DNA from: Trypanosoma brucei
Lineage: Eukaryota
Length of the DNA stretch: 64,000 nucleotides
Reading direction: 5' to 3'
Assembly (NCBI GenBank): GCA_000002445.1
Contig: CP000071.1
Span: 128,001 to 192,000, forward strand
Under the pieces are notes generated by a model, which saw only the letters and a program-made list of their open reading frames with translations, was not told the origin of the DNA and made no database searches. Positions 44,338-57,391 of the stretch are shown here, one piece after another (the stretch's first letter is position 1; every line of letters starts with the position of its first letter). The position numbers were made by a program, and so were the translations under genes.

Positions 44338-46983
44338 TCAAAACTGTGTGCCAACCCCCACACGCTGCTTTTCATTGAGTGTGAGGAACGATGACACAAT
44401 AACTGTTACCACACTATTTAACTCTTCCAAAATACCAACTGCAACGGCGCCCAAACTATTTCCTCTACTGCTCGTACCGCCGCTGGCATTAAAAGAAACC
44501 GGCCTCCCCCCTTGTGTTATGCCATCCCTTGTGTTCTTACTGGCAAGCGCTGTAACTACTTGAAGTCCTTTAGCCACACGTTTTGAAAGGAGTGCCAACT
44601 GTTTAACAAGACTACTTCGTGTTTGTAGAATAAATTCAAACGTATTGCGTACTTGTTTTAGGTAGGCTTCGTCGTTAGCGGAAGGATTCGTTTGCCCAGT
44701 GAGAATGTTTATGTCGCCGAACAGTTGGAGATTCTTGAGCACACCGAAGAGTGGATCCTCAACAGAAGGTTTGTTTTCTGAAGAATTTCTCGTAGTTGCA
44801 TCCACAATGGAACCAACAACGGTGTTAAGGGCATTTCCAGGGGTTTCATCCATTTGCTTCGCTGTAATGGTGCCACTTGGTGTGGGGTGGAAATCACCAG
44901 TCTCAACACCACTGGCGGCATTCATAAAGTTCACAGATGACAGGAGAATAGGCAAGGTTTTCTTCAGGAAGGAGAAATTTTCGGCAGTTTCACCCTCATC
45001 TCGCGCAAGCAGCATAAGTTTGTCATATATAGGATCATTTGTTGATCCTGCCAACGGGTGCTGCAGGTACGCGAGTAACTGCTCATACACATCCGGATCG
45101 CAATCACGCAGGGACTGCAAGTAACGTGAAAGAGGCCCATTGCGCTCAAGAAGTGCAGACTTGGTGCCTTCATCATCGCTAATGTAGAACTTGTCGGGAT
45201 TGTTCAACATTGTCGCGTTTAAAAGGGCAATCAAATGAGGATCAACAACTTTGTCTGCTAGCTTGCGACGGAAGCCATTTAGCAGTACTGCCATATCTCG
45301 TTCTTCCTCTTCTTTGCGTCGAAGTGTGTACTCCATGGAACTCAGTAGTGTCCCTAACAGCTCATTCTTCTTTCGTAGTTCTTCCAGTTCGTTGCTTAAT
45401 GCGACACCACCGTCACGGGACGAACAAAACTTATAAGCGTCCGTGACGCCTTTAGTTTGCAATCCCTGTGCTGTCGCTCTGTGTAAGCGATCATATTCCC
45501 CGCGGACATGCTCTAATTCCAACGATTTGTCCCTCAGTTGCCTCTCCAAGTGCAATTTCTCTGTGTTCCTGGCCGCCAACTGTTGTTCCACATCTGCCTT
45601 CTCTTTAATCTTCTCAGAGACGTCCGCACGCGCTTTTGAGGCTTCCGTTGCCGCGTTGTTCAGGTCATTTCGGGTCATGTTAAACTGTCTTTCAGCGCCA
45701 TCGGCACGGGCGTTCGCGTCGGCCAATTCCTTGTTGAGTCGTTTCACTTCGCTCTCCAGCTCCTTTATGCGAGTGCTTGATGACACGATTTCAACCTCCT
45801 TTTCTTTTTCTAAATCATCTACACTTACTAGCCTTAAACGCAACTCCTGCGCTTCGTTACGCGCGGCTTGAAGCTCTTCTTGTAACTTTGTAACGGTCAC
45901 TCCAGCGGCAGCCACGCGGGTTGCGAGTTTGCTGTTTTCAAAACTCAGTAAACATTTGGCATCCTCCACAATTTTTTCTTGTTCATGCGGACCCATCGCC
46001 GGTGTCGACTGCGATGGCACGTAGTAACCAGCAACATCCCATATGTGAGCCACACTATCATTTCCAATCGTCCATGCGCGGACTGTTTCCGCAACATAAA
46101 CCCGCGCCGCCCCGTAGATAAAGGCGTCGTGGGCGCCATTCACGCGGATTAGCACTTCGTATGTATGAGCATTAACTACGGCAACCACTCTGCAGTGTGT
46201 TGTTACCAGCACTTTCCCAGTGATTGCCTGCAACGACGTGACAGCTTCCTTTCCAATCAATACCCGGCTCTTCAGAGTAAACAATACAGGTTCCAATGAC
46301 CTCCTTTCCTCGGATTCCGCATCCAATGAATACACACTAATGCAACCACTCCTACGTCCCACCCAAAGGGTTGAGGTTGTAGGTTCGACGAGGAGGCGTG
46401 TAACGTCAGAGTTGTCCTTCAAGTGTTCGACCACCATCTCGCCACTATAAGGATCCCACACTCGAAGCGACCCATCGCCATGTCCGCTAATAATCAAACC
46501 AGCAAAAACTGTCACATCTGCAGCAGGGCTTGAGGAGGTGTAAGCCATCATCTGAGCTTTACTACTTGGATTCCATTGGACTATTCTACCTGTTTCAGAG
46601 GCACCGATGACCGAGTGCCCATCAAAGATTAATGCTGTTATGGGCGCTGCAGTGCCTGTACCCATAATTGCAATTTGACGTTTCCACCGTCTCCTGGTGG
46701 CCTCAAATATGTGAACGACACCTTCAGAACTTCCTGCCCACAATTCATGGTTTACCAATACCATACACTTGAAGTGCACGCGATTGTTACCTTCGGCAAC
46801 GGCAATGCGCTCCAACAGTTGGCCGTCTTGTGCATTGTGCACAGCGACACCACCTTTAAGTTCGGCCACCCAAACAACTTTACCGACAACACAACAGCAA
46901 CGAGCATTGCATTCGAACGTCCCTACGGGTGCAAGAGGGAACGTTGCCGTGGAATCACCTCCACCAGCCTTTTTGGGACCCAT
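44338..46983 (-). CDS. WD40 beta-propeller plus long coiled-coil protein, 881 aa
   Basis: N-terminal WD-like repeats (…GSSEGVVHIF, GHGDGSLRVWD, WVGRRSGCISVYSL) followed by ~300 aa heptad-rich sequence (LEKEKEVEIVSSSTRIKELESEVKRLNKELADANARADGAERQ…). ATG verified. Confidence 0.65.
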   Translation of the reverse strand: MGPKKAGGGDSTATFPLAPVGTFECNARCCCVVGKVVWVAELKGGVAVHNAQDGQLLERIAVAEGNNRVHFKCMVLVNHELWAGSSEGVVHIFEATRRRWKRQIAIMGTGTAAPITALIFDGHSVIGASETGRIVQWNPSSKAQMMAYTSSSPAADVTVFAGLIISGHGDGSLRVWDPYSGEMVVEHLKDNSDVTRLLVEPTTSTLWVGRRSGCISVYSLDAESEERRSLEPVLFTLKSRVLIGKEAVTSLQAITGKVLVTTHCRVVAVVNAHTYEVLIRVNGAHDAFIYGAARVYVAETVRAWTIGNDSVAHIWDVAGYYVPSQSTPAMGPHEQEKIVEDAKCLLSFENSKLATRVAAAGVTVTKLQEELQAARNEAQELRLRLVSVDDLEKEKEVEIVSSSTRIKELESEVKRLNKELADANARADGAERQFNMTRNDLNNAATEASKARADVSEKIKEKADVEQQLAARNTEKLHLERQLRDKSLELEHVRGEYDRLHRATAQGLQTKGVTDAYKFCSSRDGGVALSNELEELRKKNELLGTLLSSMEYTLRRKEEEERDMAVLLNGFRRKLADKVVDPHLIALLNATMLNNPDKFYISDDEGTKSALLERNGPLSRYLQSLRDCDPDVYEQLLAYLQHPLAGSTNDPIYDKLMLLARDEGETAENFSFLKKTLPILLSSVNFMNAASGVETGDFHPTPSGTITAKQMDETPGNALNTVVGSIVDATTRNSSENKPSVEDPLFGVLKNLQLFGDINILTGQTNPSANDEAYLKQVRNTFEFILQTRSSLVKQLALLSKRVAKGLQVVTALASKNTRDGITQGGRPVSFNASGGTSSRGNSLGAVAVGILEELNSVVTVIVSSFLTLNEKQRVGVGTQF

Positions 46984-47387
46984 CGCTATTTGATTGCACG
47001 CCTTTAGAACCCTCCACCGACCCTCGGTTTAAACAACTTTTTTACCGTCGCCGCAACGCTCTTCCCTTTCTCGCTTGGTCACTTATGAACATACGAAAAT
47101 AAAAAGCGATGTGGTTCAAGGGAGGAGACTAGTACATACGACAGTGTGTTGCAAAGAAACATGATACGACGATGCCCAAGGGCAGAACAACAACAAGAAA
47201 GGCAAATAAACAACAGTGCAGCGTGATGGCGTGTAAGTTCACACTCTTCAAACTGTAGAGTTCTGTCCTCAGTTTTCTGACCCCATTGTTAAGTGACCGG
47301 TTTTGTCAAATCTTTCACAGCCTCCTTTTAGAAGTTAATGGTTCATATAGTGCTTAAGAACTGCAAAGATTAACACCATGTTGCTTC

Positions 47388-48575
<1,188 letters not shown>

Positions 48576-48865
48576 CTAGAAGAATAGAGTTCTTCACCAG
48601 TCGTTTACTATTTTTGTATTCCTTGCCCTACTAATTCTACCAATTGCCTTTTCCCTTCTGTAGCCTTGTAGTTTCAGTTTCCCTCGCACCGCTAAGTTCC
48701 GCACAATAGAAAAAGAGAACTACGGGACATAGATAAGACATCAAGTAAAAAAGTGTGAACGTGAAGTATATCAAACCACAAAGGAAATTTATTATTTTTT
48801 TTTCGCTCTTTCTGCTGGGACAGCAGTTCGACAATCTCCAGGTAACGATAAAATGTAGTAATGAT

Positions 48866-50404
48866 TTAATAACTTATGGGGTAGAAGACGTTTTTACGGC
48901 GCCAGACATCCAACACAGCTTGTAGAAAACGTTGGATGACATCGTGACTGCGTTCTCTTTCTTCCGCCAAAGAGATTACAGAGCCCACAGCCTCACCATT
49001 TCTGGAACCACCAGCAGAAAGCTGGGAAATAATAGCGGGCAAACCACTAATAATTTGTGAGCACTCCAAATCAATTGCCGCCGCCAAAACCGAACATTTC
49101 CCCCCCATATCAGCAAATACGTTATCAACGTACCTGCCCTCAACTAAGTACCGAAGCAGGCAAGAGAACCATGGCTGCTCCGGCGCCGGCTCCCCTTGTT
49201 TTATCCAATAAGCCGTTATGGATGTCACACGGCGATTTTCAATGAGTGTGATAATGTCCACACGTGTGCACGACTGTAATAACCACGCTATTAATGAAGG
49301 GGGAAGAGCTGCATGTTTAGAGAAGGTCTCCTCCGATGCAAGGATGTCCGCTAATGTGATCGCAACGCGCGTTTCAAACTTAGGCATGTTAAAAAGCCAA
49401 CCAAGAGATTGCAGACGCACACATTCCTCGCGCACTGTTTTGGATGCCCCGGCGCAGGGACGTCTGTTTTCACCATCGATCATCACCGTTCCGTCCGCTA
49501 TGGCTTTGGTAGTGTCCAGCGTAAAAACAGCAGCAGTTTCCCTGCATTCGCGAGTTCGCTTTGACTCCACCGTGTCCACGTTATCGCCAAAGTTCAGAGG
49601 GTTAGTCTCCCATGGAGCCTTATGCGCCAAAATATCCCACGAGTGCTCAACAAAGAATCCCGCCATGGATCTTAAGATGAAATTAACGGGGTCTGCGCTT
49701 GCCGAATCGGTCAGAACACCGGCTTCCTTTAGTGTTGTCGTGCGCGAGCAGACAGATCCCACAGCCGCCGTGGTGAAGGATATGTAATCCCCCTCGCGCT
49801 TCAAGTATTTACCCAACCGACTACCTGACGAGGAAACCAATAATGTAAAGTGATGGCAAGCAATATCCCTCTGAACGCGCATTGCTGAACCCGTGATCTT
49901 CATTTCGTCGAGAAATAAATCGTGTCTCTTCGTCGTTGTTATTCGCTCGGGGCCGATCCCGAATTCTCGGCAAAGGTGCCAGCGTAACAGCTGAATAGAT
50001 CGCTTCGGTTCATAAGTGTCACGATGAGTGAACACAGAAAAACTGACATTTCCCAAATCATGGTAAACTGCACCACCACCGGAGTTGCGGCGCGCAATGC
50101 TCACGCCATCGTGATGTGCTGCTCGCAGAGCAACTTCAGAGAATATGTTTTGGTTGCGCCCGACAACCACACAAGGTTTGTTAACGTACATGAGGAGAAG
50201 GGCCTCCTGCCGCCGTAGAACGACACCACGAAGAAGTGCCTCCTCAGTGGCGAGATTGTCATAAATGACATCCGAGTTCGATATGAGTGCCACGCTTCGC
50301 TGTTTGTCCGATAGCAGCCGGTCAGAACGAATTGAAGCGCCGTGGCGGTTCACAAAATCCAATAGAGATATCGTGGGGCGCAGAGACAGTCTGGCAGCGC
50401 GCAT
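48866..50404 (-). CDS. Lipoate-protein ligase (LplA family), mitochondrial-type, with a long C-terminal extension
   Basis: Signature RRNSGGGAVYHDLGN (RRxxGGGxVxHD of the lipoate/biotin ligase catalytic domain). N-terminal presequence-like MRAARLSLRP. ATG verified. Confidence 0.8.
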   Translation of the reverse strand: MRAARLSLRPTISLLDFVNRHGASIRSDRLLSDKQRSVALISNSDVIYDNLATEEALLRGVVLRRQEALLLMYVNKPCVVVGRNQNIFSEVALRAAHHDGVSIARRNSGGGAVYHDLGNVSFSVFTHRDTYEPKRSIQLLRWHLCREFGIGPERITTTKRHDLFLDEMKITGSAMRVQRDIACHHFTLLVSSSGSRLGKYLKREGDYISFTTAAVGSVCSRTTTLKEAGVLTDSASADPVNFILRSMAGFFVEHSWDILAHKAPWETNPLNFGDNVDTVESKRTRECRETAAVFTLDTTKAIADGTVMIDGENRRPCAGASKTVREECVRLQSLGWLFNMPKFETRVAITLADILASEETFSKHAALPPSLIAWLLQSCTRVDIITLIENRRVTSITAYWIKQGEPAPEQPWFSCLLRYLVEGRYVDNVFADMGGKCSVLAAAIDLECSQIISGLPAIISQLSAGGSRNGEAVGSVISLAEERERSHDVIQRFLQAVLDVWRRKNVFYPISY

Positions 50405-50807
50405 TGCATCTGTATGCGCACCTCACCTCCTTCCTTCTACACACAACAAAAACAATGGGAACGTTAAACACACGAAGACAGACACATAAGCAAGATTGCT
50501 GGTACTCACAACCGATTAAATAATAGTAAGCAACATTTTTACTGTGAGGGGATCAAGTCAAACCGCGCAGCACACCACGTTCAAAAGATGGGCGAGTGTT
50601 TTCCTCATCGCTGGTTCATGCCGACGTGGAACAACAACAACGCATAAGTGGTTTTTTTTTTGCGTCATTGGATTTGACAGATCAAACAAGGAAGAGGGAG
50701 AGAGAAAAAACTGTCTGCAGGCAACGAAGAGTACAGGCACATCAATGAAAAAAAAGGAGGGAAGAAAAGTGTAAGACTGGGCACAACACAGCAGCCACGG
50801 CAATTTA

Positions 50808-51149
50808 TCACATATCGGATTTCGGTGCCTCCACCGGTGTTACATTTCTAGGATCAACTTCTGTTGCGGTGTTACTCTGAGAGTGACGAAGAAGGAAGAG
50901 TGCCAAGTGATCTATTGGATTAGCGGGCCGAAGGCGGCAGAGATCCTCTAAACCTTCCGTCAATACGGCCATTACATGAGTCTCCAGATACTCCGGTACA
51001 CTGAGTGGTTTTGGTAAATCATCAGAGGGGCCGGAACACATACCTTCCCTGTTTGGTGTGGGACCCCGCGTTTGATTCTGCACGTCCGTAGCGGGTGAGC
51101 CGGGTTCACCAAAAGATGCATGAACAGTGGCTTCACTCTTCCCCTCCAT
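50808..51149 (-). CDS. Small Dpy-30 / RIIa-type dimerisation-docking domain protein (113 aa)
   Basis: PEYLETHVMAVLTEGLEDLCRLRPANPIDHLALFLLRH matches the Dpy-30 motif pattern (…YLxxxVxPxLxxGLxxLxxxRPxxPIxxLAxxLLxx). ATG verified. Confidence 0.7.
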   Translation of the reverse strand: MEGKSEATVHASFGEPGSPATDVQNQTRGPTPNREGMCSGPSDDLPKPLSVPEYLETHVMAVLTEGLEDLCRLRPANPIDHLALFLLRHSQSNTATEVDPRNVTPVEAPKSDM

Positions 51150-51691
51150 GTCTGTGGTACTATTCTCTTTTTAATTCTTCCTTTACCAGCACTACTCCAG
51201 TAGTTCAAATTTTTTTTTTTGTAAAAAAAAAAAAGATGACACAAGGAAAAAAACGGGTAGCTGTTGATTGACACACGGTTGGACTGTTTTAACACAGGTA
51301 CCACATCAAACGTAAAGTAGAGAACGAGAGGGTAGTTAAGGGTTAAGAGAATCAGTTAATCCGTTACACAAACAGCACACGGTTCCACTTTCATCATCGA
51401 TGCGATGTGCGTTAGGACGTCTTTTCTTTCCTTCTTTCCTGTTTTTTTTAATCTCTCATTCAAATAATGCGAATGCCAACACAAATGTGTCAACCATACT
51501 TACTCCTTTGATGTGTATTTCATCATTTGGGCGCGTGGGTACAACACACAAACACACACATGCACACAAACATTGCCAATGCATTCTTCTCTCCCCGCCG
51601 TGTTTGCGATACCCTACGGTACTAGCATCAACCCTGCGTGAGAGTACCTGCCAAACAAATGCCAAGAAAAAATTACCGCACCATAATAACC

Positions 51692-54600
51692 TCAATCATA
51701 CTCCGTCAGAAGTTTCAGACTCAATCCTTCGATAACAAAGCAGCCGAGAGCATCCATCAGAAGGATTTGAAGAAAGCGTTCGCGAAATTCCTTAGAGGGG
51801 AAAGCTACAATCTCGAACGATTGATTTAAGGTAGGATCCATTTCTGAGGCGAAGTAAAAGACAGCAAGAGCCAATACGACCAACGAGTAGAACATTGGTC
51901 TATTCTTTCTGATACTCTGCATGAAAGGCTCGCCCCTGTAATTAACAGCAAATGTGACACCACCAATAAGTGTGGTGAGTAAGAACATTGCCGAATTCAG
52001 TAAAGTTGGCTTGAACTCCCCTTCAGCACCCGCTTGCCTCATCGTTGCCACGCCCTCCGCATCTGCCTCCTCCACCAACCGCACGGTTTCCACCATGCTA
52101 TATAAGTGCAAGCCAAACTGCATAAAAATGGTGCACATCATGTAAGGGTGGAACACCTTCGTGATCGGTCTCTGAGGACAGAGTGTGGGCATTGGTTGAC
52201 TTTTCGACATGCACAGGAAGCAAACTGTGAGAATAATACCTGACAGAATCATTTGACTTTCACCGTGCTTCACACCATCCATTTGCAGCACGGACATCGA
52301 ATACGCAGAAGTGAGACAGTTAAGAGCGAGAATCTTGTACATTTGCAGCGTTGTTACGAGTGTGCTACGACCGAGGCGGACAATATCGCAAACGGATGTC
52401 AGCGCCCTGGAGCGACACGTGAAGGGAGCGGCTATGGAAGCATCACCCAACTTAACTTGCGGTGCTCCACCCATATCCGCATCGTCAGCGTTAAAAATGG
52501 ACTCCATAAGAAAGTCAGAAGCGGGAGCATTCATCTCAGGTTGGGAAGCAACCTTTCCTGCCTCTGCCGTTTTCCTCGACTTTTTGCTCTCCTCCAGTTG
52601 TTTGTTCCAGCGAGCGATCTGAACAATTTCCGCCCTGCGACGGGCTTGGGCCATTTTATGCCTTACCTGCTCCATGAACGGTGCATCAGCCGATGGAGCC
52701 GGAGGAACGACCGTCAACTTAAAACCTGGGGGAATTTTATGATCTTTGGGGACATCAGGTTCATTGTGTGGCTCGTTAGAGTTATGCTCTCCGCTGCCTC
52801 CAACGTTTTGGGACGCGTCCATCGACGTGGCGTTGAGAACGGCTATGCCCGCATGCGCCTGCTTGAGGGCGCCAACATCATTTGTACCATCACCCGCCAT
52901 AAGCACCATGTGTTCCTTTTGCTTAAGATCAGTAACAATATCTTCCTTATGCGTGGGTGCGCAACGGGCCCACACTGCTATGTGTTCGCTGTATTGTGCA
53001 ATGAGGGTAGCCAAAGTCGTAGTCGGTATTGACTCCGCATTTACGCAGAGATCCCACTCATCATCCGAAGGAACTTTGTGCCGCCTTGTTTGTACAAATG
53101 TTTTCGCAAGGATGCTGCGACGATCAAGGTTTACCTCTTTCCCTGTAGCCGCATCGGTCCATACAATACAATCATCGACTTCGTCCTCTCCATTGCCCTT
53201 TTTTTTCATACTGCTGGCAACAAGTTGTTGGCGACACTTTAGTATTGTTACGTCCCGTCCCACCGATATAGCCGTTTGTACGCTGTCGCCCGTAATAATA
53301 ACACAACGGTGACTTCCACTCTGAAGCATTTCAATAGTGTCTTTGGCATCTTTCTTGAGTGGACACTGAAAAACAGCAAGTCCAGCAAATATCAAATTCT
53401 TCTCACAATCCTCTCGGTCCATGTTGTGAATGGCTTCCTTTGACCGCTCTTCCTCCTTAAGGGGACGATACGCAAGTGCGATAACGCGATAGCCCTTAAT
53501 GGCGTGTGCATTAGCTACAGAATGAAAGTCCGGAGGTATACTTTCACACAGTTGAGCAATGGCTTCCGGCGAACCCTTAGCCACAACATACTTTCCGTCC
53601 GGAGCACTTACAATACATGGCATACGCCTCAGGTTAGCCAGGAACGGAAACCTTACAAGTATTTTGTATTGTTTTTCGAAACCGCTGTTATTTTTTCGAT
53701 TTTGGGACTTGCTTGAGCCAGAGGTTTCATTCTTACTACTACCGGTGGTACTTTTCCCTTTGACGTCCTCCTTTTGAGCCGGTGGGTCGTACACCACAGT
53801 GTCATCAATGTTTACCCTGTAGCCAAGGGCTCCGAGGGACGCCTTTTCCATAGCATCACCAGCGACTGTGTCCGTGCCCTCAAGTTGAAGTAGAGAGTGG
53901 CATGTGACTAGTACTAATTCGGCTTTGGGTGGAACTGTTTTGAGTGTATTCAAAAGACCTTTGCCATCTGCCATGTCAACACCACTAAAGAGCATTTCAT
54001 CTGTGGTGAGAGTCCCAGTCTTGTCAAAGCAACATGTGTCCACTTTGCCAGCATATGGAATGCGGAATGGTTCAGTACAGAATACGTTTTGTTTGACAAG
54101 ACCAAGTAGGGCAGTGTTGACAGCCAGTGTAAGTTCCATAGGAAGCTCAGGTGGTACGACAGCGGTGATAATTTGAATGCACGCAAGAAAAAGCTTCCAC
54201 CGATCGCGATTGGGGTCTTCGAGTCCACGCTTGAGGAGGTAGCCAGAAGCCATCAACGCAAAGACAAGAAGCAGTCCGATGAAACCAAAAGCCTCCCCAT
54301 TGTTTTCACTGGCCCGTTCCTGGCTGTGAAGTATGGTGCGCAGAAGCTTTCCCTGTTTAGTTTCGAATCCCGTCTTGAGTACAACAGCCAAAGCTCTTCC
54401 GCGTTCTGTGTCGCTCTGGCCGTGCGGACCGTTACTGAGCAGTAGCTGTGTGCCTGAGTAAAGAAGATGACGCGCATGCTTCTTCATCTCCAGTGGAAGA
54501 TTCGCAGCGTCAATTGCCTCTTTCAACTGCGGTGTCGACTCACCCGTAAGCATTGCCTCATTCACAATGCATGTGCCGCGGACCAAAATAACATCAGCAG

Positions 54601-55477
54601 GACAAGGTGCGTTATTATCAACTACCATCAAATCCATTGGTAGAAGCTCTGTTGTTTTTACACTCACTTCCCTCCCTGCACGCAGTACCGTCACCTGGCG
54701 AACAGGCACTTCGGCCATGCTGCGCAATGTTTTCATATTTCTGATCCGTTGCATGACAATGGTGCATTCCATAGCCACCAGCATCACAGCGGTGAAGAGG
54801 GAATAGTACCAGTACTGATCCAGACACCAAAGAAGAACACAAAACATTTGAAACACAAAAAACGGTGCCAGCGCGTGGTCCACCAAAAGTGTTTGGAAGT
54901 CAGGTATTACCACCTCTGTCTCGTTTCGCCCAAACATGTCAAGTTGCTTACTGCGGTCAGCGGTTGTAGCAAGTCCCTCCCATGCGAAATACATGGAGAG
55001 ATTGTCCTTTGTTGGAAACCGAGGCTTCACAAATTGCTCCGTTACCGCATCCAATTTCCATTTGCGTTGCTGAAACACAAAGCAACACGGGTGATCACTC
55101 GATGCATGAACCAAAGGCACAATCTCTGACTCACCCTTGAATTCCTTTGTACAAACGTAAACATGCGTGGCAGTATCGACCTCCTTTGGGGGTACACAGT
55201 GGAACTGAACAAGTGATCGGAACCGCACAGACCATATCGTAAATAGTGAGAGCAGCCCGTGAAAAAATATTACGATAGGTATACAAACAGCATGAAAGAA
55301 GTTGATGTACGTCCCGTGCACAAGGTATGTCGTACGGTCCCACGCAATCTCCGGGTTGAGATGCAACGTGAATATCACGGCATAGAGAGGTACGAATGGC
55401 CAGATAATTGGCCACGCCGACCAGTGCCGGTGGCGCAACAGCTTGATCTCTTTGATTATGGAATTTTTTGTTATCAT
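51692..55477 (-). CDS. P5A-type P-type cation-transporting ATPase (Spf1/ATP13A1-like)
   Basis: P-type motifs TGES (MLTGESTPQ), DKTGTLT (CFDKTGTLTTDEM), GDGTNDVGALKQAHAGIAV. The P5A signature PPELP occurs in VPPELPMELT. 1261 aa with multiple transmembrane segments. ATG verified. Confidence 0.85.
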   Translation of the reverse strand: MITKNSIIKEIKLLRHRHWSAWPIIWPFVPLYAVIFTLHLNPEIAWDRTTYLVHGTYINFFHAVCIPIVIFFHGLLSLFTIWSVRFRSLVQFHCVPPKEVDTATHVYVCTKEFKGESEIVPLVHASSDHPCCFVFQQRKWKLDAVTEQFVKPRFPTKDNLSMYFAWEGLATTADRSKQLDMFGRNETEVVIPDFQTLLVDHALAPFFVFQMFCVLLWCLDQYWYYSLFTAVMLVAMECTIVMQRIRNMKTLRSMAEVPVRQVTVLRAGREVSVKTTELLPMDLMVVDNNAPCPADVILVRGTCIVNEAMLTGESTPQLKEAIDAANLPLEMKKHARHLLYSGTQLLLSNGPHGQSDTERGRALAVVLKTGFETKQGKLLRTILHSQERASENNGEAFGFIGLLLVFALMASGYLLKRGLEDPNRDRWKLFLACIQIITAVVPPELPMELTLAVNTALLGLVKQNVFCTEPFRIPYAGKVDTCCFDKTGTLTTDEMLFSGVDMADGKGLLNTLKTVPPKAELVLVTCHSLLQLEGTDTVAGDAMEKASLGALGYRVNIDDTVVYDPPAQKEDVKGKSTTGSSKNETSGSSKSQNRKNNSGFEKQYKILVRFPFLANLRRMPCIVSAPDGKYVVAKGSPEAIAQLCESIPPDFHSVANAHAIKGYRVIALAYRPLKEEERSKEAIHNMDREDCEKNLIFAGLAVFQCPLKKDAKDTIEMLQSGSHRCVIITGDSVQTAISVGRDVTILKCRQQLVASSMKKKGNGEDEVDDCIVWTDAATGKEVNLDRRSILAKTFVQTRRHKVPSDDEWDLCVNAESIPTTTLATLIAQYSEHIAVWARCAPTHKEDIVTDLKQKEHMVLMAGDGTNDVGALKQAHAGIAVLNATSMDASQNVGGSGEHNSNEPHNEPDVPKDHKIPPGFKLTVVPPAPSADAPFMEQVRHKMAQARRRAEIVQIARWNKQLEESKKSRKTAEAGKVASQPEMNAPASDFLMESIFNADDADMGGAPQVKLGDASIAAPFTCRSRALTSVCDIVRLGRSTLVTTLQMYKILALNCLTSAYSMSVLQMDGVKHGESQMILSGIILTVCFLCMSKSQPMPTLCPQRPITKVFHPYMMCTIFMQFGLHLYSMVETVRLVEEADAEGVATMRQAGAEGEFKPTLLNSAMFLLTTLIGGVTFAVNYRGEPFMQSIRKNRPMFYSLVVLALAVFYFASEMDPTLNQSFEIVAFPSKEFRERFLQILLMDALGCFVIEGLSLKLLTEYD

Positions 55478-56410
55478 TTCCGCTGATTCACACTCCAGTT
55501 TTCAAATCAAAAGGTTTGGAAACCAGCTTATTTTCCCTCCGTTGTGATGGTATCCAAACAATCCCAAGTCACCCGTTTCAACAAACAGTGAATCAAGGTA
55601 AGAAGTGGGATAACACCTCCTTAGTGGGGTTCGCTTAAAGCAACTCCCTTTCACACCCCTCACTTCTTATTAAAAAATACCGTTAAAACTGTTCGCCCCT
55701 TTTCTGTTTCCTAATGATCTCTTTATTGGATGCGATAAGCTCACGCGACCTAAGAAAGAAATATAGCTCCTTCAGTTTGGAAAAAAAAATGTGTAGAGGC
55801 AGCGGTAAGCATTGCGGGAAAGGGTAGGAAGATAACGGCAGTGCTCAGTCGGGAGTAATAAAAGTTAACGGCACAAGTAGAAGTGTGTATGAGTAGAGCG
55901 GCCTCACCAAAAATTAGGAAGACGAAGAACACAAACACACACGCATATTATATATATATATATTATCTTTGTGATACATCGATAGTGACAAGTCAATCAA
56001 ATTGCACGGTCAGTGTGTCACGTAAGGAGAAAAAGAAAAGGAGAAACTTGCTTAACTTCCTCAAAACTCGTTTGTGATGCAGTTCCAAAGCACTAAACAA
56101 ATACACGAAAACATTCTCATTTTGCGGACAAAGACGAGGTTGTTGGAACTGCTTCCACAACTTTCGGCTTCAGTGCACAAATGCGAACCAAGAAAGGATA
56201 TCATCGTCTTTATCCTGCAAGAAATGACAACCGCTGCACATTAAAACAAAGAAAAACAGAGAGGAAATTGCGTACAGACCTCTTACCTCCGGCTCTTGCG
56301 ACCGGTAATTAGAAAAAGTAAAAGGAAGGTGGGCGAGCGACTGAAAAAAAAAAAAAAGTAATTTCTCTCCTCATCGCCTCAACCGCTAGTGAGCAGCATC
56401 GCAAGTCTCT

Positions 56411-57391
56411 TTACTTACAGCGGAGAAGCCGTGTGGCCTCTTCACTACCCGATGCAGCGGCTGCTTCCAACCATTCACGCGACTTTCCTCGCAGTTCAGC
56501 CACTGTATTATCATCACACACACCCACTGCCCTAGAAGCCGCCGCTTCTGCCGCCCGCCAAAGTAATTTCCCCACGTTCAACTGCGCCATCGTGTGTCCC
56601 AACTCTGCAGCACCACGGTACAACCTCAGTGCTTCACCCCAATCTGATGGTAGACATTTACCACCTATTTCTACACCATCTTCATACATCACCCCGAGTT
56701 CGTACATCGCGGGAGCATAACCCGAATCCGCAGCACGTTCAACCCATGTGAGAGCTGCAGTTAAATCAATTGGGACACCTACACCATCGCGCAGACAGAG
56801 ACCCACTTGTAGCATCGCCCCGGCGTGTCGTGATGCTATGGCGCTGTCAAGAAGTTTCAAAGCATCATCTATGTCCCCGGGGGCGTTCTTCTGTTTCAGA
56901 AGAAACTCTGCCAGTGGCACCGTTACTAAAGAGAGTCCTGAGTCTTTTCCAGTGGGAGTGCAGTTGTTCATACAAAAGGACTTGAGGATTGACGCCGCGG
57001 CGGCTTCAGTGGAGGCTTCACAGGCCTGCACCAGCGCCAACACGTGCGGCCGCGGGGCAGCGGCAGCCGACAACGCCGATGAGGCGCGACTTGGCGGGGC
57101 AGCGGCTTTTCGCATCCGCCGGCGTCGTTGCAGCTCTGCCAGAACTTGTTGCACGTCGTTTTCAATAACAGATCTATCAGTTTGGTCCTTTGCATGCAGT
57201 AAATATCGAAGTTGCTCTTCCAGGCTTCCATGTTGTTGCGTTGGTACCGAAAAAGTTGTGGTGGAACTGTACAAATCTTTTGGTCTGGGCGCTCGAAGGC
57301 CTTCGGTTGGAGGTGAAGGTTTCAACACACGTGTTTGCAGCGTGGAAATGGATCTAATGTCCGTTTGCATTGAGGCACGATGTCCGGACAT
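56411..57391 (-). CDS. Sel1-like (TPR-family) repeat protein, 326 aa
   Basis: Sel1 repeat pattern AxxGxxxGxG: AGAMLQVGLCLRDGVGVPIDLTAALTWVERAADSGYAPAMYELGVMYEDGVEI, then GHTMAQLNVGKLL. ATG verified. Confidence 0.65.
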   Translation of the reverse strand: MSGHRASMQTDIRSISTLQTRVLKPSPPTEGLRAPRPKDLYSSTTTFSVPTQQHGSLEEQLRYLLHAKDQTDRSVIENDVQQVLAELQRRRRMRKAAAPPSRASSALSAAAAPRPHVLALVQACEASTEAAAASILKSFCMNNCTPTGKDSGLSLVTVPLAEFLLKQKNAPGDIDDALKLLDSAIASRHAGAMLQVGLCLRDGVGVPIDLTAALTWVERAADSGYAPAMYELGVMYEDGVEIGGKCLPSDWGEALRLYRGAAELGHTMAQLNVGKLLWRAAEAAASRAVGVCDDNTVAELRGKSREWLEAAAASGSEEATRLLRCK